A DNA stretch of 64,000 nucleotides, taken from NCBI GenBank assembly GCA_965287045.1, contig OZ336876.1:4526001-4590000 (forward strand), written 5' to 3'. The stretch comes from Carcharhinus amblyrhynchos (taxonomy: Eukaryota). The notes beneath the pieces are model-generated. The model saw nothing but the letters and a program-made list of their open reading frames with translations, searched no databases and had not been told where the DNA came from. A program made the position numbers and the translations under genes. Positions 11,543-23,995 of the stretch are shown one piece after another (the first letter of the stretch is position 1; each line of letters opens with the position of its first letter).

Positions 11543-14450
11543 CAGGAAGAGCCAATTCACCCACTAGAATCTGCTCTTTCATTCAGAATGGCATGGTCAA
11601 TCTTATTCTGTCATCTCCACAATCAAATATCATTTATGCCATTAAGATATAGAAACATATCAACTTCTGTCTTGAGCATGGTCATTGATTGAGCAGGGGG
11701 AGGTGATGGCCTGGCGGTATTATCGTTGGACTATCAATCCGGAAACCCAGATAATGTTCTGGGGACCTGGGTTCAAATCCTGCCATGGCAGGTGGAAGAA
11801 TTTGAATTCAATAAAAATAAATATCTTGAATTAAGAGTCTATTGACGACCATTGTAGATTGTCAGAAAAGCCTATCTTGTTCACTAATGTACTTTAGCAA
11901 AGACCAATCTTCCAGTTTTCTCATCTGGCCTACATGTGGCACAAGAACCACAGCAATGTGGTTGACTCTTAACTGCCGTCTGAAATGGACTAACAGGCTG
12001 CTCAGTTGTATCAAACACTACGAAGTCTCAACAAAGAAATGAAACTGGACGTACAACCTGGCATCGACCTAGGCACCGGTAAAGACAACAGAAAACAAAT
12101 CAGCCCTGTCAAGCCCTGCGGAGTCCTCCTTATTCAGATTTGGGAGCTAGTGCCAAAATTGGGAGAGTCGTTTTGTCGACTAGTCAAGCAACATAGTTAT
12201 TCTCACGGAATCATGCATTAGGGATAATGCCCCAGACACCACCATTAGAATCCTGGGATATGTCCTGCCCCACCGGCAGGACAGACCCAGCAGAGGTGGC
12301 AGCACAGTGGTATACAGTCGGGAGGGCGTTGCCCTGGGGGCCTTTAACATTGATTCCAGACCGCAATGAAATCTCATGGCATCAGGTTAAATGTGGGCAA
12401 GGAAACCTCTGACCACGTACCGTCTTCCTTCAGCAGATGAATCAGTATCCCTCCGTGTTGTACAACACTTGGAGGAAACACTGAGGGTGGCAAGGACACA
12501 AAATTACTCTGGATGAGGGATTTCAATGTGCACCACCAAGAGTGGCTCGGCTCCAGCACTACTGATTGAATCAGTCGGCTTCTAAAGGATATGACTGCTA
12601 GACTGGGTCTGCAGCAGGTGGTGAAGCAACCAACCAGAGGAAATAACATACTTGAACTCCTCCTTACAAATCTGCCGGCTGCAGATGCATCTGTCGAAGG
12701 CAGTACCGGTAAGAGTGACAATATTGGCAGTATCAGTAAGAGTGAAGGCTTGTGCTCCACAACTTGCCGCTCCCCTAGCCAAGTTCTTCCAGTAAGTTAC
12801 AACACTGGCATCGACCCAACAGTGCAGAAAATTGTTCAGGTATGCCCTATACACAAATCCAATCTGGCCAATTATCACCTAATCAATCTTCTCCCAGTGA
12901 TCAGTAAAGTGATGGAAGGGGCCATCAGCAGTGCTATCAAGCAGCTTCTGATCAGCAATAACCTGCTCAGCAACGCCCATTTGGAGTTTTGCCAGTGTTA
13001 CTCAGCTCCTGACCTCATTACAGCTTTGGTTCAAACAGGGAAAAAAGAGCTGAATTCCAGAGGTGAAGTCAAAGTGACACCCTTTGGCATCAAGGCCGCA
13101 TTCGGCCAATTGTGCCATCAAGGAGCCCTAGAGAATCTGGAATTAATGGGTGTCAGGGACTAAACTCTCCGCTGGTTAGAGTCATACCCGGCGCAGAAGA
13201 AAACAGTTGTGGTTGTGGAGGGTAAGTCACTTGAGCTCCAGGACAGCTCTGCAGGAATCCTAGGCCCAACAATCTTCAGCTGCTTCATCAATGACCTTCC
13301 CTCCATTATAAGGTCAGAAGTCAGGATGTTCGCCAATGATTGCAGAATGTTCAGCACAATTCATGACTCTCTAGATACTAAAGCAGTCCATGCTCAAATG
13401 GAACAAAATCTGGACAATATCCAAACTTGGGCTGAGAAGTGGCACATAACATTTGCGCCACACAAATGACAGGAAATGACCATCAACAATAAAAGACAAT
13501 CTAACCACTACCCTTTGACATTCAATGATGTAACCATCACTGAATCCCCTATTGTCAACATCCTTGGAGAAACTCAACTGGACTCACCACATAAGCGCAA
13601 TGGCTAAAGGAGCAGGTCAGAGGCTAGGAATACTGCAGGGAGTAACTCACCTCCTGACTCCTCAGTGCCTATCCACCATCTACAGGGCATAAGTCACGAG
13701 TATAATGGAATACACCCTACTTGCCTGGATGGGTGCCACTCCAGCAACACTCAAGAAGCTTGACCCCTTCCAGGACAAAGCAGCCCGCTTGATTGGCAGC
13801 ACATCTACAAACATTCGATTCCTCCACCAGTGACGCTTAGTAGTAGCAGTGTGTACTATCTACAAAATGTACTGCAGTATTCACCAAATAACCTTAGGCA
13901 GCACCTTCCAAACACAAGACCACTTCCACCTAAAAGAACAAGGACAGCAAATAAATGGGAACATAACACCTGCAAGTCCCCCTCCATGCCATTCACCATC
14001 CTAGCTTGGAAAAATATTGCTGTTCCTTCATAGTTGCTGGGTAAAAATCCTGGAATTCCTTCCCTAATGACATTATGGGCCAAATTACAGAACATGGACC
14101 ACAGCGATTCAAAAAGGCAGTTCACCATCACCTCCTCAAGGGCAACTAGTGATGGGCAATAAATGCTGGCCCCTGCCCCGTGAATGAATTAAAAAAAAAT
14201 CAGTCTCTCCAGGGTAGAGTTCTAGATTTTTGCTAGCACTGAATGACAAATCCCTCATGAAAACCTCCTGCTACTTAGTGCTCCCGGATTCTAGATATAA
14301 CAACCAATGGAAATGGTATAACCACTTGTATTTTATGAAGTACAGCAATAATGGCATAAAGTTTACTGAGTGCACCTCTTCTGCTACAGAACTCCAGAGA
14401 ATAAAGAACGATTTATGCAGTCTCTCCTCGGAAGGCAATTCGGCTCAACT
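11543..14450 (-). mobile_element. Old CR1 3' fragment split by the LINE at 11696-14199 (pieces 11543-11695 and 14200-14450)
   Basis: The flanks rejoin as ..gattgagca|tcagtctctccagggtagagttc.., collinear with other CR1 3' ends here. Confidence 0.55.
11696..14199 (+). mobile_element. CR1-group (Zenon-like) LINE, single APE-RT ORF, decayed and internally deleted, with tRNA-like 5' head
   Basis: A box tggcctggcgg about 11707, B box ggttcaaatcc 11770-11780. APE motifs IWELVPKLGE, WHQVK.GQGNL, DFNVHHQEWLGS; RT LGPTIFSCFINDLP..MFAND. 3' gggcaataaatgctggc..tgaatgaattA-run. Confidence 0.88.
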
Positions 14451-14669
14451 CAGAATGAGTCCACCGAATTGACTGTATGTACTAATGTATCAGGTATATC
14501 ATCCCTTCGAAAATTAAACTGAAACTTTAAATAACACTGGAAATTTGCTTTCAAAGATCTCCTTGAATTTGCAACAGAACATATTTAATGAAACATTCAC
14601 TTTCAAGGTAGGTGGATATATCGATTGTCCTCCCAATTGTATTTTCTTTTTCATTGTGTGCTCAAGAGT

Positions 14670-14782
14670 AAGGGCACATTCATGAATAAGATCACACTCA
14701 ATGATAAGGATACACTTATGGATAAGGTCACACTTATGAATTAGGTCACACTCATGAATACAGTCATGATCATGAATAAGGA
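14670..14782. repeat. 18-bp minisatellite (aggtcacactcatgaata), about 6 copies
   Basis: Directly visible; yields the IHKCDL repeat in ORF 14514-14795. Confidence 0.8.
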
Positions 14783-14879
14783 CCCAAAGGTCCATTTAGA
14801 CAATGGCAATTCTCAAACACTCACTATTTAATGAAGTTATCCCATTTCATTATTGGTCTACAAAGTGGATAAGGGCAAA

Positions 14880-17280
14880 GCAACGCACAGCACAGAAACA
14901 GGCCCTTCGTCCTCCAAGCTCCTGCCGATCATGATGTCATACCTAAAAAAAAGTCCTTACTTTGACCTGAACTCCCTTATTCCCTCCCTTCTCACATACC
15001 CATCTAGATGCTTCTTAAATGTCGCTCATGCGTATGCTTCCACTGCCTGTTTTGTCAGCACATTCCAGTCACTGACCACTCTATGCATGTAAAACTTCAC
15101 GCACACATCTCATTTTAATTTCTCTCCCTCACCTTGCACCTGTGCATCCTCATCGCAGGTTCATCCATTCCGGGATAAAAGCCTTTGACTATCAACCCTT
15201 CATATGCTCCCATACGTTTGTAGACATCTTTCAGGTCTCCCCTCACCAACCCTAGTTTATTCAATTTCCCATCATATTCAATGCCCTCGATGCCAGGCAA
15301 TATCCTGCTGAACCTTATTTTCCATATATAAAGCTTTCTCCTGCTTCTGGTAGCATGGCGACCAGAACCGCAAGCTAAAAGCAAAATGTGGTAACTGAGA
15401 TTATATAAAGCTACAACCTGACTTTGGAACACTTGTATCCAATGCCTGGCCAATGAAGGCAAGCTTGCCATAAGTTTTCCTAATCACCTTGGTCACCTAT
15501 GTTGCCTCTTTAAAGGAACTGTGGACATGCATGCCCTGATTGCTCTTAGGGTTAATTTCCTAAGGTTTCTGCCATTTTCAGTTTAATTGACAAATACATT
15601 TGATTCTCCAGAATGCATCACCTGGCATTTATCTGGATTAAACTACATCTAAGTTGAATAGATACGTTGATTGTTTAGTCACAAGTAAACTTGCATTGAA
15701 GCTACTGTGAAAATCCACTGGTCACCACATTCTGGCGCCTGTTCCGGTACATAGAGGGAAAAATTAGCATAGCCAATCTACCTAACCAACAACTGCTTGG
15801 ACTGTGGGAGGAAACCCACTCTGACACAGGAAGAACGTGCAAACTCCACACAAACCATGACCCAAGCTGAGAATCAAACCCGGGTCCCTGGCACTGTGAT
15901 GCAGCAATGCCTACCACTGTGCCACAGTGCTGCCCTCTGCAATGTCTGTGCCCAAGCCTCCAGTCTATCTATATACTGTTGTGTTCATTGGAAAACTCCA
16001 ACACTCTCAGCATTTCAACCAACCTCCGTGTTATCCACAAACTTACTAATCATATAACCCACATTTTTCTCCAGTCTAGAGCATTTACACATGATGGAGC
16101 ATAAATACTGCATGTTGAGATTTAGATACATACTACAAGCAAGAGGTCCTTGAACTGGTCCCTGCAGAAGACCATGAGCTATAGTTTTACATTCTGAAAA
16201 ACAGCCTTCCACCACTCCTCATTGGCCTCCTTAGCAAAGCCAGTTCTGTATGCATCCAGCTGGCCCACACCAAATCCCATGTGATTTTTGTTTTTTTATC
16301 AGTCTGCCATGTGGGACCTTGTCAAAGGCTCGACTAAAGTCCATATTGATTATATCTACTACTCTCCCCTCTTCAGTTATCACTGTCATCTCTACAAAAC
16401 CTCAATCAAATTGGTGAGACATACTCTTCACCATAAAAATCAATGCTACCTGTTACTAAATGGCCCATTTTATTTCAAATGTGAATATATCCACCCCTTC
16501 AATATCTTTTTTAAAATGCTTCTCCACCACTGATGTCAGGCTCAGTGGTCACAATTTCCAGGATTACCGCTTCATCCTGTCTGACAGGAAGTTCACAACT
16601 ATTACATTGCATTCCACCCCCCCACCGCTGCCGCCGTCCCCCCCCACCCAGCATCTGGGATTGCACTTTCCTTGCTCTTTTTCTATTCAGGAAAAAAATC
16701 GGATGTACAACAGTTTTTTTTCCTGAAATTCCATGTTACCTATTTAGAACTCCAAGTTATCTGTGAGGAACATAAACAGTTGTAGTCAAATCATTGATCT
16801 TTCTGGTACATCATTACTATTTGCCTACAATGCTGAGGTTAACCCTTTTATTTCTACAATTTTTTTTTAATTCCTGTAAGCCATTTGGCATTCCATAACA
16901 GTGTATTTTCCTCACTCCCATACTCTCTATAACTGTTCCAGTTCGGCTGTGTGTAACTTTATTGAAAGGTTTCCACAAGTCAAAATGCACGAAACACATT
17001 GGGGTTTCATTTTAATTGATACAAATAGCATTCTCCAAAAAAAATCAGCAGGTGTGTACAACATTACTGTTCATTCTCATATCCATGTTGATTGTACTCA
17101 GTATGTTCATTAATTTCCCGGCATCCAAATATCACTTGCTTAGTAACAGATTCTAACATTTTCTCTACAATGGAAGTCAAATTTACAGGTCTGCAATCTT
17201 TTGTTTTCTCTGTTGATCCATTCCTCATCAGCGAGGAAACGTTTAAAAATATCTAGTCTGCAGTTTTGATATCTAATACT
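14880..17280 (-). mobile_element. Old CR1 LINE fragments (RT to 3' tail), interrupted by a SINE
   Basis: LNKLGL.RGDLKDVYK, VEGCFSE..LQGPVQGPL, ISKFVDNTEVG and DLWKPFNKVTH in ORFs 15115-16999. Confidence 0.7.
15668..15935 (-). mobile_element. V-SINE (tail type B)
   Basis: Reverse complement of head (accactgtgccacagtgctgccc) and V-domain (gcaaactccacaca). Confidence 0.85.
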
Positions 17281-17378
17281 ATCACCCCTTTCCGCACTCT
17301 GTTAAGATGTGTAGGTGTCAAGTGTGGAGCAAATGTGATCTTTATTTTTTTCTTTATGATTTTTTTTCTCTCTTACAG

Positions 17379-18283
17379 CTAATGTATTGGCAATTCTGAT
17401 CCTGTCCTTGGGGAAGTGTGGCCTCTCTACTTGCACTACATGCTACCTGGTTGCCATGGCGACGGCAGACCTACTGCTCATTATCACAGATGTTATTTTG
17501 AATCAGATTAGTACATATTTTTTCCCATTGAATTTTCTCGACATCACCCCTGTGTGTAGCGTTAAGGGTGTCCTGCTGAGTGCAGCCAGAGATTGTTCTG
17601 TCTGGTTCACCATCATTTTCTCCTTTGATCGATTTGTGGCTATCTGTTGCCAGAAGCTGAGGATGAAATACTGCACCGGAAAAACTGCGGCTGTCCTTCT
17701 AGGAACAAGTGGCATCCTGCTTTGTGCAAAAAACGTCCCTTGGTACTTTACATTTGCACCTTATGCGATCATAAACAATGTTCCATGGCTCTGTTATACA
17801 AAGGTAATCACCTTGGTTGACCCTGGATGGCGAGGATTTCAATGGTTTGAAAGGGTTTTAACGCCATTGCTCCCATTCAGTTTAATTCTCTTGATCAACA
17901 CTCTGACAGTCAGACACATTCTAGCGGCCAGCAAGGTCCGCAAGAGACTGCGGAGTCAAAATAATGGAGAGAATCGCAGTGATCCAGAGATGGAGAGCAG
18001 AAGGAAGTCTATGATTTTACTCTTCAGTATATCTGGCGCCTTTATAATTTTATGGTCAATGAATGTTATATTTTTCTTGTATAAACAAATTAGAGGAGCA
18101 GTTTATTTAACCGATTCTGAGACGATATATCAATATACTGGATGGATGATGCGAAATTTAAATTGCTGCACAAATACGTTTATTTATGGAGTGACACAGT
18201 CCAAGTTCAGAGAGCAGGTGAAGATCGTGGTAAAATATCCGGTAACATCAATTATTCAGTTCATCAATAAACAAAAATTCTAA
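17379..18283 (+). CDS. GPR139/GPR142-like class A GPCR, coding exon 2 (TM1b-TM7; whole protein 323 aa)
   Basis: Long polypyrimidine tract + TTACAG acceptor (AG 17377-17378). Open frame with YLVAMATADL (TM2), TPVCS/FSFDRFVAIC (TM3), TPLLPF (TM5), FIILWS (TM6), NCCTNTFIY (TM7), SKFR helix 8; TAA 18281-18283. Confidence 0.95.
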
Positions 18284-20784
18284 GGGGATTTCAGAGCGGA
18301 CAGTGAGTTATTTCGGGGCACGTATCCAATGTTCATTATGAACGCAGAATGCACACATTGAAGATTAAAGAGCAGAAGAGCAGTGAACCCTTATGCAACG
18401 ATGTTGGGTTGGATTAGTGGATGACACGTCGACCTCCACTGCGCCAATTCTCATTCATCGAGGGCTATCCGCCGACAACCTCCTCCTTCTTCAATCGGGG
18501 AGCACCGTTCAGCTGAACGAGGGATCATGCTATTGAATGTGATGACCAACCATAATGGAATGGAAATGCAGCGTTTGCTCGAAGATTCAAATAGCCTTCC
18601 CCTCTGTCGATTTTCTATGTTTCTATGACTTTTTGGCATCTGATCCAATACGAACCACCGCCTGCTGATCATGCGTTGGTCAGCCAATCAGCGTTCTTAA
18701 ACAGTGACCGACAGCTACATTCACCAATGAAAGAGCTCTGCCTGCAAACTGCCATATCCCACCAGCTAATTCTGGAGATTCAGTCAGCAGGAAGCAATCA
18801 GGCAAGCAAAGATTTGAGAGCGCGATCTGTCTCACAGCTGCATTCAGCCATCAAGATGTGCTGCTGTCTGCTGATTGACAGTATGTGCAGGCAACCTGCG
18901 ACCGTCGGCTGTCTGTCGTTGTTTCACTCATGACAACCATTTAATCTTCTCATTTTGTATGGCTGTCTTCAATCCTCCCCACTCAGAAGGACAAGTTCGA
19001 TCTTATTCTGGACCCGACTTAAATTTATACCATTTATTTGGTACTTCAATTGATTTTATTGCTATTAAATAAATCGCTTCTCACTTCTCTGCACTGAAAT
19101 TTATCTTGCACCTGTAAACTGGTTACATTTAATTTGCATATGTCTGAAAACTTAATCTGTCATCACCATGGTTCACAACAGAATCAGATTTTAGTTCCTT
19201 ATCATGATCCATTCAGAATTACATGCACCTTTTCCCTCAAGAACAATACACAGACGCAGTACAAACGCAGTACGCAGGCCCAGTACAAATCTGTGGTTGT
19301 ATACGCTATATATGTGTTTCCATGGCCATTTCATAATACGCAGTAACCATATCCCTCTGTGCATAGGCTATTATGTTCTAAATGTAAACTTTCGAGATAA
19401 TTCATTCTGACCTAACATTGGCTGCTATGGGACATAACCTGTCAGCAAATTGCTCACCATTCTCCTCTATAATATATACATTTCATTCAGATTGCCCATT
19501 CCTTCGAACTCAGACTCTCATCATAGCCCTTTTATCCCAGGGACCAGATAAAGAGCGAAGCTGCATCATCTTAAAGGTATGAAAATATTCAGTTTGAGAG
19601 ACGGACAAAATTGCATGCAGACTTGACTTGTGCTTTGATGAAGTCGACTGACAACTGGGGGTTTCGAACTATTAGTTTTCATTCGCTCGACAACACATGT
19701 TTTTGAAACAGTTCGGGCACAAGTTACCCAGTTATCACATTTCTGTGAGTTGCACATTTTGACCACTCACTGGATACATTCATTCTTGGAGAATGGCCTG
19801 TTGAATTTTGATATTTGGTGATTGTCATATATTACCGTCTCTACTAGTGGTCTTAATGGCTGCTCTGTCCGAACTAATCATAATGTCAAGTAGATTTATT
19901 AGAACCCCAGTTATACCCTCTATGTGAAACAATTTGTTTCCTACACATAGTCAAATTCTATGTGAAAAACTCACTCATATTAGCACAGATGCATCTGGAT
20001 GTGCCATGTGTCCTTATTTCTGGTTCAGCCCCTCTAGGCAAGTTTAAATTGGGGTCAATGCCAAGTATTACAAACAATACCAAATTCTGGCCACTCAGGC
20101 TTCTCTAATCAGGAAATCACACCATTTTTGTTCTCGCACCATAGCCCAAATGCTGTGTTTATCAGTGACAGGAGTGATCTTTGATCGCCAAGCAGTGCGT
20201 AGCTTGTGTATTGTACACACAGATTTGGAACTGAAGTGTTGGGAAACGTCATGGAATGCTTTGTTACAGAATATAACCTTTTCTTTTCAAGACCCTCAGA
20301 CACAATGGGAACTTATCACTGGTCAGTTATGCTTTTCTGCTGAATATTCCATCAAATGATATCCAACTAGGCTGAGCGTTGCTGGCTACAGCTCAGGTAG
20401 CCCATCGCAGACAATAGTGTTCAGCCACACTACATTACACACAACTGCGTCAGATTAGCCATTTTTTAAAGCATGGCTCTGAATAGTATCCAGCTGTTCC
20501 TGAATGTGTTGGCCAAATTAGAGACTCAGTAAAATAAATCCATCATGCATTGTTGCAATGAAAAACATTCAGCAAGTAAATTCCATGAGGCCAGAAGCCC
20601 TTGAGGGATCCTTGGATAATACAGCCTTTGGAAAAGGTGTGGGTACCATGAGGGAGAAGTGAATTAATTAGGAAAGTTTTTTAAAAAAGGAGGCACTGGC
20701 ATTGGAAAATAATGAGATAGTGGGCCAGACTGGATTCAGGACTTTATGAGTTTAGTGGAAGCGACGTCTCTGGATTAATGAGGG

Positions 20785-21306
20785 TGTTGGGGTAAAAATT
20801 AAGACTGTGACCTTTGAATGCTGACACGTGCATAACTGCAGGACCAGCTGCACCCAGAACTTATCCTGTGGTTAACAAAGATCAATCAGTTGCTGACTAA
20901 ATAGCAAACTAACCTTTGAGCTACATCCTGTTATTGTATAAAAATGTGGAACAGACAAAAAAAATCAGAACACGAGGTCCAGATGGTCAGCTTAGCTGAA
21001 GATAAAGTGCAATTAAAACAATAAGTTGTGGTTTTTTTGTTAATAGTTGTGTTCGAAGGAATGTGATTGGACGTCAATTGTTGCTAGGGGAGCCCAATTG
21101 GATAATGCATGTAAACACCCAAAGCTAATGACGAGATAACCGCTAATGTCTGTATGATTAAAGTGTATAAACACAGCTAGCTGCTGCTGCAAATTGAGAA
21201 GTTGACTGCGAGCACCATGGAGTGCTGGGACTTCTCCCAAAGCTTTGTTTAATAAACTGCATGTTGAATCTTTAAGTCTGACTCCGAGTGGTGATTTCCC
21301 ACAACA
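20785..21306 (+). mobile_element. Solo LTR, 522 bp
   Basis: TGTTG...CAACA termini, 4-bp TSD AGGG (20781-20784 and 21307-21310), TATA-like gtataaa about 21164, AATAAA 21251-21256. Confidence 0.8.
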
Positions 21307-23340
21307 AGGGTAACAATGAATGGCTCAGTCCAGGGTAATGAGTGCTCAATTGAACGTGTAAAGGACACGGTCTAGCATGCCTGAGTCCCAGGAATTTCCC
21401 AAGATTATACAGGTCATTGACTGTAAAACCCCGTCCAACATGAAAGACTAATTATGAGTACCTAGATCACGTTCATTGCAACACTTCAAGAAGGTGACTA
21501 ATCATCACTTTCTCAAGGGCAAGGACGATAAAAACATTGGCCTAATCAACGGGAATTAAATCCCATTAATTACACAAAACATATTTGCAGGCACGCTAAA
21601 ATAGTCTCCAAACTGGCCTTTGGACAGATGTCTGCTTCAACAATACTTCATGTTATTAAGTAGTATACAATGCTGTTTTCTGTCAGCCAACAGACGAAAG
21701 TTTGTGCTGCATCCCCAAGAACAGACATCGAATTTCTAGTTTATGTTTTGAGAGAACTCATTTCTGACACCTTTATGCACGACATCGGACAGACTGCTGA
21801 CTGGCGACAGGGCAGTTCCGCTTTCAAGAAAATACATAAGATACGGACAACTTCTTGAAATTAGAAATATTTCACAACTTAGCGGAATAAATCAGGCAAA
21901 AGTTGAGCAACACTAATGTATATCATTAAAGGGAAATGGGGAAAAGAGTAAATAAATCCGCAAACAGAAAAAAGGAAGACGGGAAATATATTGTGACAAC
22001 ATGATGTCTAGAGTGACTGTCCAAGAGAAGGAAGAAGTTGAGAGAATGGAGAATGGGATATTGGTGGAAGATGGATCGTGTGAGAGGGAGTGAGATATAG
22101 GTTAAATTTTACGATATATTTCCCAGCTCTGTGTTATCGTAGAACTCAGGTTTCTGCTCGGCAGATGAATTATTGTTAACAGATAATGAACGTTGCTATT
22201 TCCAAGAATCATCAATGAGTTTACGACCAGGAATTCTGTTTTAGTGCTGTTGATCAAGGGATACACGCTGGTCTCACAGCCTGCAATTCTCCTTCTCTCC
22301 TTGTTATTGTATATCTATAAAAACACTATTGAGCCTCCTATTGCCTGGGGAGGAGGTGGGGGGTGGGGGTGGGGGGGGGGGGGGAACTCCTCTGTCTCTA
22401 CCAGTGGAAGCACTGACATTTGGATCCTCACCAGTGTGCCATTTGTGCATTTTCAACGTAGACAGGCAATGAGTTATTGGATTATTCGTGAACGCCAGGT
22501 CATCACTGTTTGTTCAGGACATAATGGCAACTGATCTCTGGCCGTATACTTCGCTGCCAAACAATTATTTAACAGATGGATATTACCTGTTCAATATTGC
22601 AGTCACATGTCTGAACTCACATAGGCAAAATGTAATGACTTGCAGTTGCAAGCCCGACAACGCATTGCAAACCCGACACCTGCAATATTTTGCACACTGA
22701 TTGTCCTAATAATTCCACTGCTCTGGTCCCGCAAAACACCCGATACAGTTAGATACATAATGTGTTGCGGTACAGGAACACATTTGATCCGTTGAGTCCG
22801 TACATGAAGAAGGCAGAGGAAAGTCATTGGCATGATGTAATCCGGAAAGGACATTTAGTCATGGTGTGGTTATTCAATAAATTAGAAATATTTGTGAAAG
22901 GAATGCAAGCACCAGTGTTCAGAGACTACTGGCAAGTAGGCGAGAGAGGATATTGGGAATGTTAATGTGGAGGAAGATGTATCTACAGGCTAAATCAAGG
23001 AACGACTGGAGAATCATTCGGAGGATTGAAAAACATACTGAAGAGATAATTGACACACTTCTGATGCTGGACGCAGTCCGAGGACATGCTACCAAAAGAG
23101 ATATGCAGGGCCCTCAATGGAAATTTTCCCTGAACACTGTGCTTACAGCTGCATTGTATGGTCTGTACCGGTTCAGGAAGTTGCCTAATCATCTCTTTAT
23201 CAACGACAAAAGGGGATTAGTAATCACATTGTCGGCCTACACAGTGGGACTCAAATCCCATGAAATCTACTGAACCCCTAAAATATTCACTGGATTTGAC
23301 TTTTTTTCTTGCTGCATACTCGTATAATCTGCTCAAAAAA

Positions 23341-23403
23341 ATTAAAGCAACATTTCACTCTATTAAATTAATTACTATTAGCTGGAAAGAATTGGTATTC
23401 CTG
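23341..23403 (+). pseudogene. Possible decayed exon 1 of the GPCR pseudogene
   Basis: With one frameshift reads ATFHSIKLI(Y)Y*LERIGIP+G, parallel to ETFEMIAKIFYLILAVIGVP+G; the donor is degenerate. Confidence 0.35.
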
Positions 23404-23995
23404 TGACCTGCACATTGCCGCCAGAATTGGTAATGACGTTAGAAAGATACTAATTTACAAAAGTTGAATTGTCCGAATAACTGAATGCAAACAAAAAAAA
23501 AACATGGCGGAGCTCTTGGGAGCAGGTCGGATTCAATACGGATAATTCTGTGACTCGTTCAAAAATCAACCGTAGCTACGCTCGGTCAATTCGCTCCAAA
23601 CACTTCGAATGTTTCTTTTACGTCTTTACCATTCAATCATTACATGGATGTGAGACTGTTCATTAAGAACAAACAAAAAACAATTGATTGGGATTCTGAT
23701 TTCAGAATGGAGCTTATCCTCGCCTTCTGCAGGTGATTAGTAACTACATAATTGCACGTGGTTATGAACTACATAACAGCCGCCCTGTTTAGGTAAAGAA
23801 CATCAGTGCTCTGGTCACCTGAATGCGACTCTGAGGAGCTGGAGATAAAAAATGGAAAGCACTGTCACTTGTTCTTCAATGCTTCTTTCTTACCGGACAT
23901 GAGTCATACAGGGCCTTATGTAGAGCAGAGTTTGGTGGAAGACAGGGAAAGAATGGAGTGCCCTAAACCTATACATTCGTTTTAGGTAAAATTCG

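Noticed and set aside
14514-14795. His/Cys repeat ORF as a metal-binding peptide; 18-bp array as CRISPR-like
   Set aside because: It is the translation of a minisatellite; there are no spacers or cas genes and the context is eukaryotic.
17387-17389. TTG start and single-exon model for the GPCR
   Set aside because: It would lack half of TM1; a strong acceptor lies 8 bp upstream and an in-phase exon 1 exists.
18266-18271. AATAAA as the GPCR polyA signal
   Set aside because: It lies inside the coding sequence (Asn-Lys codons).
22345-22385. G-runs as a functional G-quadruplex or Gly-rich ORF (also about 25860)
   Set aside because: Simple low-complexity tracts with no supporting context.
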